Assembly: GCF_030684315.1 (NCBI RefSeq) | Contig: NC_081388.1 | Location: 23,357,015-23,421,014 of the forward strand | Direction: 5' to 3' | From: Stegostoma tigrinum | Taxonomy: Eukaryota | Length of the DNA stretch: 64,000 nucleotides | Shown here: positions 36,001 to 45,099 of the stretch, piece after piece | How the letters are laid out: each line of letters starts with the position of its first letter | Position numbering within the stretch: position 1 is the first letter of the stretch | Position numbers and translations under genes: made by a program | The notes under the pieces: generated by a model | Databases searched by the model: none | The model's input: the letters and a program-made list of their open reading frames with translations, nothing else | Told to the model about the DNA's origin: nothing

Positions 36001-39000
36001 ATCACTGTGGGGGGAAAGTTGCGGTCCTTGAAGAACTTGGACATCTGGGATGTGCGGGAGTGGAATGTCTTGTCGTGGGAGTAGATGCGGCGGAGGCGGA
36101 GGAATTGGGAATAGGGGATGGAATTTTTGCAGGAGGCTGGGTGGGAGGAGGTGTATTCTAGGTAGCTGTGGGAGTCGGCGGGCTTGAAATGGACATCAGT
36201 TACAAGCTGGTTGCCTGAGATGGAGACTGAGTGGTCCAGGAAGGTGAGGGATGTGCTGGAGATGGCCCAGGTGAACTGAAGGTTGGGGTGGAAGGTGTTG
36301 GTGAAGTGGATGACCTGTTCGAGCTCCTCTGGGGAGCAAGAGGCGGCGCCGATACAGTCATCAATGTAATGGAGGAAGAGGTGGGGTTTGGGGCCTGTGT
36401 AGGTGCAGAAGAGGGACTGTTCCACGTAACCTACAAAGAGGCAGGCATAGCTGGGGCCCATGCGGGTGCCCATGGCCACCCCCTTTGTCTGTAGGAAGTG
36501 GGAGGAGTCAAAAAAGAATTTGTTGAGGGTGAGGACGAGTTCGGCTAGGCGGATGAGGGTGTCGGTGGAGGGGGACTGATCGGGCCTGCGGGACAGGAAG
36601 AAGCGGAGGGCCTTGAGGCCATCTGCATGCGGAACGCAGGTGTATAGGGACTGGACGTCCATGGTGAAGATGAGGTGTTGGGGTCCAGGGAATTGGATGC
36701 CCTGGAGGAGGTGGAGGGCATGGGTGGTGTCACGGACGTAGGTAGGAGTTCCTGGACCAAATTGGAGAAAATGGAGTCCAGATAGGTGGAGATGAGTTCG
36801 GTGGGGCAGGAGCAGGCTGAGACGATGGGTCGACCAGGGCAGGCAGGTTTGTGGATTTTGGGAAGGAGATAGAAACGGGCCGTGCGGGGTTGGGGAACAA
36901 TGAGGTTGGAGGCTGTGGGTGGGAGGTGCCCTGAGGCGATGAGGTCATGAATGGTGTTGGAGATGATGGTTTGGTGCTCGGGTGTGGGGTCATGATCGAG
37001 GGGGCGGTAGGAGGTGGTGTCGGAGAGTTGGCGTCTGGCCTCGGCGATGTAGAGGTCAATGTGCCATATTACCACTGCGCCACCCTTGTCTGCGGGTTTG
37101 ATGGTGAGGTTGGGGTTGGAGTGGAGGGCTGCCGAGTGCAGTTCTTACTATCTCTTTGTCACTTTGTGTATTGTGCTGTCTGCAGCCTGCCTGTCTGGGT
37201 CTGCAGCTTGTTTATTTCAGTATCTTTGCACAGACACTCTGGCCAATGCTTGGCTTGACCTCCCAGCATGCTTAGTGCATTATCCAATTATGCCATTTTG
37301 AGTGGCCTGCTTGGGTACAGAGTGTGTGGGCACTAGGAATATGCTTAAGAGGGAAATCAGGAGGGGCAGAAAGGGGACACGAGATAGCTTTGGCAAAAGA
37401 GTTCATTTACAGAAGAGGATGAGGTGCTGGAGGTTTTAAAGTATATAAAGGTAGAAAACTTCCTTGGACCTGATCAAGTATCTCAGAACTTTGTGGCAAG
37501 CTAGGGAAAGATTACCGGCCCCCTGGCTGAGATATTTGTATCATTGATGGTTATGGATGGGGTGCTGTAAGGCTTGAGAGTGGCTAATGTGGTGCCAGTA
37601 TTTAAGAAAAGGCTATAAGGAAAAGTTAGGGAACGGCTTTGTGAGGGGTAGGTCATGCCTTACAAACCTTATCGAGTTTTTTGAGGATGTGACTAGAAAA
37701 GTTGATGAGGATCGAGCTGTGGATGTGGTGTATATGGACTTCAGTAAGGCATTTGATAAGGTTCCCCATGGTAGGCTCATTCAGAAGGTCAGAAGGAATG
37801 GGATACAGGGGAACTTAGCTGCTTGGATACAGAATTGGCTGGCCAACAGAAGACAGCGAGTGGTAGTAGAAGGAAAATATTCTGCCTGGAAGTCAGTGGT
37901 GAGTGGAGTTCCACAGGGCTCTGTCCTTGGGCCTCTACTGTTTGTAATTTTAATTAATGACTTGGACGAGGGAATTGAAGGATGGGTCAGCAAGTTTGCA
38001 GACGACACAAAGGTCGGAGGTGTCGTTGACAGTGTAGAGGGCTGTTGTAGGCTGCAGCGGGACATTGACAGGATGCAGAGATGGGCTGAGAGGTGGCAGA
38101 TGGAGTTCAACCTGGATAAATGCGAGGTGATGCATTTTGGAAGGTCGAATTTGAAAGCTGAGTACAGGATTAAGGATAGGATTCTTGGCAGCGTGGAGGA
38201 ACAGAGGGATCTTGGTGTGCAGATACATAGATCCCTTAAAATGGCCACCCAAGTGGACAGGGTTGTGAAGAAAGCATATGGTGTTTTGGCTTTCATTAAC
38301 AGGGGGATTGAGTTTAAGAGTCGTGAGATCTTGTTGCAGCTCTATAAAACTTTGGTTAGACCGCACTTGGAATACTGCGTCCAGTTCTGGGCGCCCAATT
38401 ATAGGAAAGATGTGGATGCTTTGGAGAGGGTTCAGAGGAGGTTTACCAGGATGCTGCCTGGACTGGAGGGCTTATCTTATGAAGAGAGGTTGACTGAGCT
38501 CGGTCTCTTTTCATTGGAGAAAAGGAGGAGGAGAGGGGACCTAATTGAGGTATACAAGATAATGAGAGGCATAGATAGAGTTGATAGCCAGAGACTATTT
38601 CCCAGGGCAGAAATGGCTATCACGAGGGGTCATAGTTTCAAGCTGGTTGGTGGAAAGTATAGAGGGGATGTCAGAGGCAGGTTCTTTACGCAGAGAGTTG
38701 TGAGAGCATGGAATGCGTTGCCAGCAGCAGTTGTGGAAGCAAGGTCATTGGGGTCATTTAAGAGACTGCTGGACATGTATATGGTCACAGAAATTTGAGG
38801 GTGCATACATGAGGATCAATGGTCAGCACAACATTGTGGGCTGAAGGGCCTGTTCTGTGCTGTACTGTTCTATGTTCTATTTGTTTGGGGGAGGGGATGT
38901 GAGGGCATAAGTGTGGGAAATGCAAGAGACTAAGTGACTAAACCTATTTACCAGGACAATAGGAAACATCGAGCTGTCTCCGGAACCCAGGGACATCTTC

Positions 39001-41342
39001 ACACTCTTATCTGGGAAGTCTACCTGACATATGTGCCCCTGTCACTTTCAGAAATGGAGGATCAAAGGCCACCCTACCGTCCGCATGGCACTGCCTGATT
39101 GGGTCTGATCAATCAGGGTAATCGATTCCTGATCGATCCATTGATGGGAATGGAAGATCCTCCCAAAGGGGTGCAGAAGCTTCCAAGGATAAGAATCCCC
39201 ACAAAAGCACCCTCAGGAGCGGTAACTCGGGACAAGCCACCATTAGCAGAGGTGCCCCTGGGAGCACCAGGAGAGGAAGGCCAGACAAGCATCAGCGTGT
39301 GGATCAAGGCTAAGGTCTCCTGTGGCGATGTTTGATCATTCCAAGTGAAAGTACAATGTACTGATTTAGGGTGACAGTGTTAATTGTCAGATTTATAGTA
39401 TGAATTGTTAGTTTGTGGCATAATCACTAATATAATATTAGCTGTTATAAGCAATGAAGATAATTTCATACTACCATTTAGAGTTGACTAAGCCCTTTGG
39501 AAGCTAAGCACACTTTCCTCTTTGTAACTTAGACCCCACCAACAAAACGCACTGATCATACCTTCAGTATTCATGCCTAGGTTTAGATTCCCTACAGTGT
39601 GGAAACAGGCCCTTCGGCCCAACAATTCACACCGCCCCTTGGAGCATCACACCCAGTCCCATCCCCCTATAACCCACACACCCCTGAACACTGCAGGCAA
39701 CTTAGCATGGCCGATCCACCTAGCCTGCACATCTTTGGACTGTGGGAGGAAACCCACAGAGACACGGGGAGAATGTGCAAACTCCACACAGACAGTCGCC
39801 TGAGGCTGGAATCGAACCCGGGTCCCTAGTGCTGTGAGGCTGCAGTGCTGACCACTGAGCCACCGTGCTGCCCATTATTCTACCACAAGAAACAGCAAAG
39901 CTTGCAGCACCCCTTCCTGTGGAACTCCATCTGCAACCACCAGCCTCTCTCCCGGTCACCAGCCAGTTTCGGATCCATTTGCCAAATTGCCCTGGATTCC
40001 GTGGTCTCTGGTATTCCTAGGCAGAATGTGAACATTCTGCCGCTCGGAACCTCTACACAAACCTGACAGTTACTGTCAGTCTCAATCTACCCGATACACT
40101 CATTAACCACTGTAACGGCAACTGTCTCCAAAGAAAAAGAATCCTATTGTTGCAAAGCTTGAGATTTCATGCTGTCTTTATCCCATGTGCACTTCCATTT
40201 AATTTCATTTTTCATTTAGTGTTAATGGAAAATGAAAAATCCCCTTCTGTTGAAGCTCTGATGTAACTGCTGGTGATGAAGATGTAACTACATACTGTGC
40301 TGGGAGCTGTGAGTGTGGATGGAAAGTCCCCGCACAATTCCGGGGACAGGGATAGGTTATCTCAATGAGACGAGAACATTCTTGTGCCGAGATTCAGTCC
40401 AGCTCAGTAGGGAATTCCCGTCACTTTGCCGTTATTTGAGCCTCTCAAACGGTCACCATCTTTATTACCGATGATCCCTACTGAAATGCTAAATACAGAA
40501 GGAACAGTTGTGTGCGCGAAACAGGGATTCTTTACATCGCGGGCAACAACTTTCTCACATNNNNNNNNNNNNNNNNNNNNNNNNNNNNNNNNNNNNNNNN
40601 NNNNNNNNNNNNNNNNNNNNNNNNNNNNNNNNNNNNNNNNNNNNNNNNNNNNNNNNNNNNNNNNNNNNNNNNNNNNNNNNNNNNNNNNNNNNNNNNNNNN
40701 NNNNNNNNNNNNNNNNNNNNNNNNNNNNNNNNNNNNNNNNNNNNNNNNNNNNNNNNNNNNNNNNNNNNNNNNNNNNNNNNNNNNNNNNNNNNNNNNNNNN
40801 NNNNNNNNNNNNNNNNNNNNNNNNNNNNNNNNNNNNNNNNNNNNNNNNNNNNNNNNNNNNNNNNNNNNNNNNNNNNNNNNNNNNNNNNNNNNNNNNNNNN
40901 NNNNNNNNNNNNNNNNNNNNNNNNGAGTGTATGTGTGTGCCTGTGAGTGTATGTGTCCGTGTGTGTGCCTNNNNNNNNNNNNNNNNNNNNNNNNNNNNNN
41001 NNNNNNNNNNNNNNNNNNNNNNNNNNNNNNNNNNNNNNNNNNNNNNNNNNNNNNNNNNNNNNNNNNNNNNNNNNNNNNNNNNNNNNNNNNNNNNNNNNNN
41101 NNNNNNNNNNNNNNNNNNNNNNNNNNNNNNNNNNNNNNNNNNNNNNNNNNNNNNNNNNNNNNNNNNNNNNNNNNNNNNNNNNNNNNNNNNNNNNNNNNNN
41201 NNNNNNNNNNNNNNNNNNNNNNNNGTACGTGTCCGTGTGTGTGTCTGAGAGTGTATGTGTCTGTGTGTGTGTCTGTGAGTGTATGTGTGTGTGTGTCTGT
41301 GCGTGTCTGTGAGTGTATGTGTGTGTCTGTGAGTGTATGTGT

Positions 41343-41379
<37 letters not shown>

Positions 41380-42006
41380 GTGGCAGTTTGAGCAGAGATC
41401 CCAGGTCCTGGGACAGGACCCACCAACAGCCCAACACTGTCAGGGTCTAGCAGTTTCGGACGTCAGAAACCGATCACAAGAAGCGGCTCTAACTCTAGGT
41501 GAATGAACTCAAAAGCTCCAATTCCTCAGTGGAGCGCAGGGCACTCAGCCCCAGAGACACCGCTTCCTCTGCTCGGGCAATTGCGAAGAGGGTTCAGAAT
41601 TTGCGCCGGGTGGGCTGGGGGGCTTATAGAACCCAACTTCCAGCAAACATATCAAACATCGCAGCCAGCTTTATTTATCACAAGGCAGACTGAATCACAG
41701 CAACACGTAATCCGTGAAGTTAGCCCTCTGTCTTTCTGCTTCCCTCAGCACAAACTGAAAACGTGCCCGATAATTGTCGTTCTTCACGGCTAGGAATAAC
41801 AGGAAAGTCAATCCTCGAACGCAAAATCAATTGCACACAAGAAATGCCCGCATATAAACAGAACTGTACACGTCGCGAACCGCAGCACAAATACACTCAG
41901 TAAACACCATGCACTGATTCTAAATATGTTTTTACCTACTTGTCACATAAGAAGTGATAGTCAAGAACTGAATAAGTCCATGAGGTGACATGATCTGGAA
42001 GCCCAT
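8824..42006 (-). CDS. Gene A: ICAM-family (ICAM/VCAM-like) type I membrane protein, 6 Ig domains, 667 aa; join(42006-41940,29499-29227,20674-20360,18284-17991,17301-17014,10913-10668,10312-10028,9059-8824)
   Basis: Eight exons joined by GT-AG phase-1 introns give an uninterrupted 2004-bp frame. D1 has CSTSC and CFVRC as in ICAM D1; D5 has [17 protein letters not shown] resembling ICAM-1 D5; a TM segment is followed by RKRGEYNV. Orthology to a specific ICAM is not determinable here. Confidence 0.88.
9497..9703 (-). pseudogene. Cryptic or relic terminal exon inside gene A intron 7
   Basis: Acceptor cttctcatag| resembles the exon 8 acceptor; a tandem TGAGGGG repeat shifts the frame; the downstream frame contains SAN...GENADECL, also found in frame after the gene B stop. 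Confidence 0.4.
10028..10312 (-). CDS. Gene A exon 7, Ig domain 6
   Basis: Acceptor tctcttttccag|, weak donor G|gtcaga, 285 bp; [15 protein letters not shown]...[12 protein letters not shown]. Confidence 0.92.
10668..10913 (-). CDS. Gene A exon 6, Ig domain 5
   Basis: Acceptor aattttacag|, donor T|gtgagt, 246 bp; [10 protein letters not shown]...[12 protein letters not shown]. Confidence 0.92.
11260..12515 (+). mobile_element. CR1 LINE 3' fragment
   Basis: [47 protein letters not shown]. Confidence 0.9.
12530..16300 (+). mobile_element. Degenerate RTE-clade LINE with nested insertions
   Basis: APE start TWNVRTLMD...ALCET, RT motif FDLTKAF, C-terminal [10 protein letters not shown]; many frameshifts. 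Confidence 0.65.
13879..16619 (+). repeat. Local direct duplication of about 240 bp (13879-14117 and 16381-16619)
   Basis: Both copies begin TGGTTACACTTCAGGAAGGAGG and match with few substitutions. Confidence 0.9.
14118..15451 (+). mobile_element. 5'-truncated Penelope-like element with inverted terminal segment and 15-bp TSD
   Basis: GIY-YIG ORF 14570-15157 (VVYCIQC..C...YIGET...RFAEH); about 14200-14467 is an inverted copy of about 15160-15440; AGATACAGATTTCAG at 14103-14117 and 15452-15466. Confidence 0.88.
17014..17301 (-). CDS. Gene A exon 5, Ig domain 4
   Basis: Acceptor cttgtttttag|, donor T|gtaagt, 288 bp; EGNLVNITC...[12 protein letters not shown]. Confidence 0.92.
17991..18284 (-). 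CDS. Gene A exon 4, Ig domain 3
   Basis: Acceptor tgtattacag|, donor G|gtaagg, 294 bp; [10 protein letters not shown]...VRWFQDG...VVC. Confidence 0.92.
20119..20146 (+). ncRNA. Minimal hammerhead ribozyme motif in a Penelope terminal-repeat fragment
   Basis: CTGATGA-A-GGGT-ctag-GCCC-GAAA-CG-TC: both core boxes, a helix II, and palindromic ACGT at helix III. Helix I is weak. Confidence 0.6.
20360..20674 (-). CDS. Gene A exon 3, Ig domain 2
   Basis: Acceptor ctcctttaacag|, donor T|gtaagt, 315 bp; CIGPRVYP...LTWLRG...DDGQEYTC. Confidence 0.92.
20810..28454 (-). mobile_element. Degenerate Gypsy/Ty3 LTR retrotransposon filling most of gene A intron 2
   Basis: Fragmented gag ([11 protein letters not shown]), RT ([16 protein letters not shown]), RNase H (SDHKPLLGL) and integrase ([12 protein letters not shown]-x2-C). 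5' LTR 28454-28266 followed by TGG PBS-like sequence; 3' LTR split into 24219-24190 and about 20933-20810. Confidence 0.8.
20935..24185 (-). mobile_element. Degenerate Penelope-like element nested in the Gypsy 3' LTR
   Basis: Collinear similarity to the Penelope RT/GIY-YIG copies at 35602-37130 and 14468-15450; terminal-repeat copies near 20950 and 23710. Confidence 0.8.
29227..29499 (-). CDS. Gene A exon 2, Ig domain 1 (integrin-binding type)
   Basis: Acceptor ttttcttggcag|, donor A|gtaagt, 273 bp; NCSTSC...IILEYK...CFVRCNREQ. Confidence 0.92.
30840..31700 (-). mobile_element. Highly decayed CR1 fragment
   Basis: [25 protein letters not shown] remnants. Confidence 0.55.
33210..35009 (-). 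mobile_element. Old CR1 LINE fragment with nested SINE
   Basis: [13 protein letters not shown] and [10 protein letters not shown] remnants; tail near 33210. Confidence 0.75.
35010..35601 (-). mobile_element. Young CR1 LINE 3' end
   Basis: Intact ORF2 C-terminus (35103-35570) and (TGTTCTA)n tail; nearly identical to 38300-38880. Confidence 0.92.
35602..37130 (-). mobile_element. Penelope-like element RT fragment
   Basis: ORFs with [29 protein letters not shown] and YIDD motifs; interrupted by a stop and a frameshift. Confidence 0.88.
37633..38880 (+). mobile_element. Young 5'-truncated CR1 LINE (RT domain open)
   Basis: 403-aa ORF with [28 protein letters not shown]; (TGTTCTA)n tail. Confidence 0.95.
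39580..39871 (-). mobile_element. tRNA-derived SINE (HE1-like); related copies at about 7949-8196 and 44540-44828
   Basis: Head GGCAGCACGGTGGCTCAGTGG...GGGTTCGATTCC (A and B boxes), body GTGTGGAGTTTGCACATTCTCCCCGTG, CR1-like tail. Confidence 0.8.
40228..40419. promoter_or_regulatory. Candidate NF-kB/IRF enhancer in gene A intron 1
   Basis: GGAAAGTCCC 40321-40330 (reverse complement GGGACTTTCC), GGGAATTCCC 40410-40419, GAAAAATCCCC 40234-40244, GAAAATGAAA 40228-40237. Confidence 0.55.
40561..41224. other. Assembly gaps (40561-40923 and 40971-41224)
   Basis: Runs of N. Confidence 1.
40924..41375. repeat. (GT)n-rich compound microsatellite
   Basis: GTGT/GTCT/GAGTGTAT runs flanking the N gaps. 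Confidence 0.95.
41940..42006 (-). CDS. Gene A exon 1, leader peptide [22 protein letters not shown]
   Basis: ATG in gagATGG context, 67 bp, phase-1 donor A|gtaggt in frame with exon 2; GAS motif 86 bp upstream; same length as, and alignable to, the 587-653 exon. Confidence 0.72.
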
Positions 42007-42059
42007 CTCGCCGGAACGTGGTTGGGGCTCGGCAAACTGTGCTCGACCTGACTAACACC

Positions 42060-42275
42060 AGCTCGATATTAATAAAAGTGACCTACGTCCTTTCCCGGAA
42101 GCTATTCAGAAACCAAGGCAAAAATTCCAGAGGAATAGTTCCAACATCTTGTTTCAGCATTTGATATATTGCCATCTCCCAAATATGGGAGACATTCAAT
42201 TCACAGCAGACAAACAGCACTGAACAGATCAGAAACTTTCCCCGAAATTAATAAAACGAAACTATTCAGAAATCA
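42060..42275 (-). promoter_or_regulatory. Gene A proximal promoter: GAS x2, ISRE-like, AT-rich TATA-like
   Basis: TTCCCGGAA 42092-42100; TTTCCCCGAAA 42237-42247; AAAACGAAACT 42253-42263; TTTATTAATA on the minus strand near 42067-42076. Confidence 0.6.
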
Positions 42276-45099
42276 GAACAAAAATAGCTCAATGTTCCTC
42301 TGCTCTCCGTCAAATGGAGAAGGAAATAAAGCGAGTTCTGCACAACTAGGGTGCTGTTTATTTCCAGCTTCATCAGAAAGAGGGAACAGGAGCTAGAGTA
42401 GGCCATTCTGCCCTTCCAGCCTGCTTCTCCGTTCCATGTCATCATTGCTGATCATCCAGTTCTGTCCTCTGTTTCTGCTTTCGCTCCATACCCCTTGATC
42501 CTTTCAGGCCCTAGTAACTATGTCTACATCCTTCTCAAAAGCCTTCAAAGTTTTCAATAGTTTTCTGTGGCAGAGAATTCCACGAGTAAAAAAAATCCTT
42601 CTAATCTCAGTCCAAAATGACCTACCTGGTATCCTTCAACTATTAGCCCTTGTTCTGAACTCTCTGGCCATCAGGGCCACCCTTTCTGCACCCACCCTGT
42701 CTCATCGTGTTGGAATTTTATAGGGTTCTACGAGATCCTTCTTTATTCTTATAAACTCAAGTGAGTATGGTCCTAAGCAATCCAGCCTATCTCCATACAT
42801 CAGTCCTGCCATCCCAGGAATTCGTCTGGAAACAAAAGCAGAAGTTGCTGGGAAATCTCAGCAGGTCTGGCAGCATCTGTGGAGAGAAATCAGAGCTAAC
42901 GTTTAGGGTCCAATGACCCTCCTTCAGAATACAGATTGTTATTTTGAAATTTGGAGGCAGATAGTAGGGATATTGGAAATTGATTTAAATTGCCAAGTTG
43001 TGATTGGTGGGAGTTCCCTGGGACTCATGTTTGGTCCTCATTCCTTCACTATGATTAACTTGATGAAGGAACAGCAAGGGGTTTATAGAACCCAACTTCC
43101 AGCAAACACATCTTCCAAACAAAAGGTCACTGCTAAGCCTAAGTTAAAATGCATAGTAATGACTGTAGAGAGCGATTATTAGATAAAGTGAGTGAGCACA
43201 ACAGGGACAGATGGAGTTCCATGTGGGTAAGTGCGAGGTTATCGACATTCGATTAAGAAAATTGGATTGGAGTATTTTCCAACTGGTTAAAAGCCTAAAC
43301 TGTGAAGGAGCAGGAAGATTTAGGAGTCTTAGAATTAAATGAAACTCAAGGATAGGTACAAAAAATAATTTGAAATGCTCCTGGAATGTTGGCCTTAATT
43401 TCAAGGAAGCTGGAATGGAAGTTGAGTGAAAGTTTGTTTTGAGCACTGTACTGAGTTCAGTTCTGGGCACTATTTACCTTTAAGCATTTACTGAAATTTG
43501 GAGTGTACCAGAATGATACCAGGTCACTGATGATTAAATTATAAAATTGCAGAAATTAGGTTTGTATTCCCTTTTGTTTAGAAGATTAAGCAGTGGTCTA
43601 ATTGAAATAATTATGACCATTGCAAGGGTTCACAATGTTGATAGAAGCTATTTTCTCTGCTGAGGGAGTTGTAAACAAAGGTAAAGTTGTTGGGGGTGAT
43701 ATCAGGGAGCACTTCTCCAGTAAATGGGGGTGGAAATACATATGATAACATCTCAGCCATATGTCCATATAAAATCATATCATAAATCTCCATATAGTAT
43801 ACACACACACATTTTAATGGCAGAAAGAGCTAAAATATGCTAGGCCTGTTTATGAATATATATTGTTTGACATGTGGGATGAAGGGTCATATACCTCATG
43901 AGGGTCACAAACTGGAAGTCAAGACCCTGTATTCCTAGAGTGGTCACAGAAGTTAAAGATATTTTAAAAATTAGGCAAAGTTCTCTGATTTGCCTGTCTT
44001 TTAGTTTGGGAGATAACACAGAACAGGTTCCTGTGTCGAGCAAGGATAACCACTCATTACAAATAAATAGATTCTAGCTAAGATAAACAACCATTAACCA
44101 ATCAGCATTTAACCCTACCTAGCAAACACTCCTACATTCCTTTAAACTCTCCTACTAAACACACATACATACATAGAGAAAGGCAAACAGCTTATGGGTA
44201 TTGTGGGCAGACAAAAGGTTGCAAAGGCAGTTCAATGGTCCCTATCAACAGAATGGCTGAAATGATCCCTTTTGCTGATCAGAACACTGCTTGACAATCT
44301 TCCATCTTCAGATCCTTTCGCTGGTTTGTAAATCAATTACAGGTAACAGCAACTGGAAAGAGGAAATAAACTGACTTTCTTCAAGCTTAAGGCACTTAAA
44401 AAACTAAAAGGCCCCTTGGCCTATCAGCTCTGTCCAGTCAAAAATGTCCACCTAACTATTCTAATCCCTTTTTCTAGCAGTTGGCCCATACCTTTGCATG
44501 CATTAGCATTGCAGGTATATATCTAACTACTTCATATAGTCATAGAATCCCTATAGTGTAGAAGCAGGCAATTCAGACCATCAGGTCCGCACTGACCCTC
44601 CAAAGAGCATCTTACCCAGACCTACACCCCCTGTCCATCCTATCCCTGTAACCCTGCATCTCCCATAGCTAATCCATCTAACCTGCACATCCCTGGGCAC
44701 TACAGGCAATTTAGAATGGCCAATCCTCTTAGCCTGCACATCTTTGAGCTGTGGCAGAATGTACAAACGTCACTCACACAGTCACCCAAGGATGGAATCG
44801 AGCCCAAGTCCATGGCACTGTGAGGCAGGTTCAATGTTATGAGTGTTTCTACCTTGGCCATCTTTACAGGCAGTGAGTTCCAGACTTCCACTATCTTCTG
44901 AGTGAAAAGAATCTTCATCACATTCCCTCAAATGCCCATCCATCCCCTCAAATCCCCCTAACCCTTACCTTAAACTTAACATCCTCCCCTACTCATTGAT
45001 CCTTCCTCCTGTCTACCTAATCTATCCCTACCATCATTTTATACGTCTCAAACATGATTCCCTCAGTCTCCTCTGCTCCAGGATAAATAATCTCATGTC

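Noticed and set aside
37587-38798. 403-aa reverse transcriptase ORF as a host gene or retron-like system
   Set aside because: A 5'-truncated CR1 ORF2 with a typical tail and multiple copies in the window.
39790-39871. tRNA gene
   Set aside because: The A and B boxes belong to a SINE head that continues into a multi-copy body.
40404-41437. Long ORFs rich in HT/VC and X
   Set aside because: Artefacts of N gaps and GT microsatellite.
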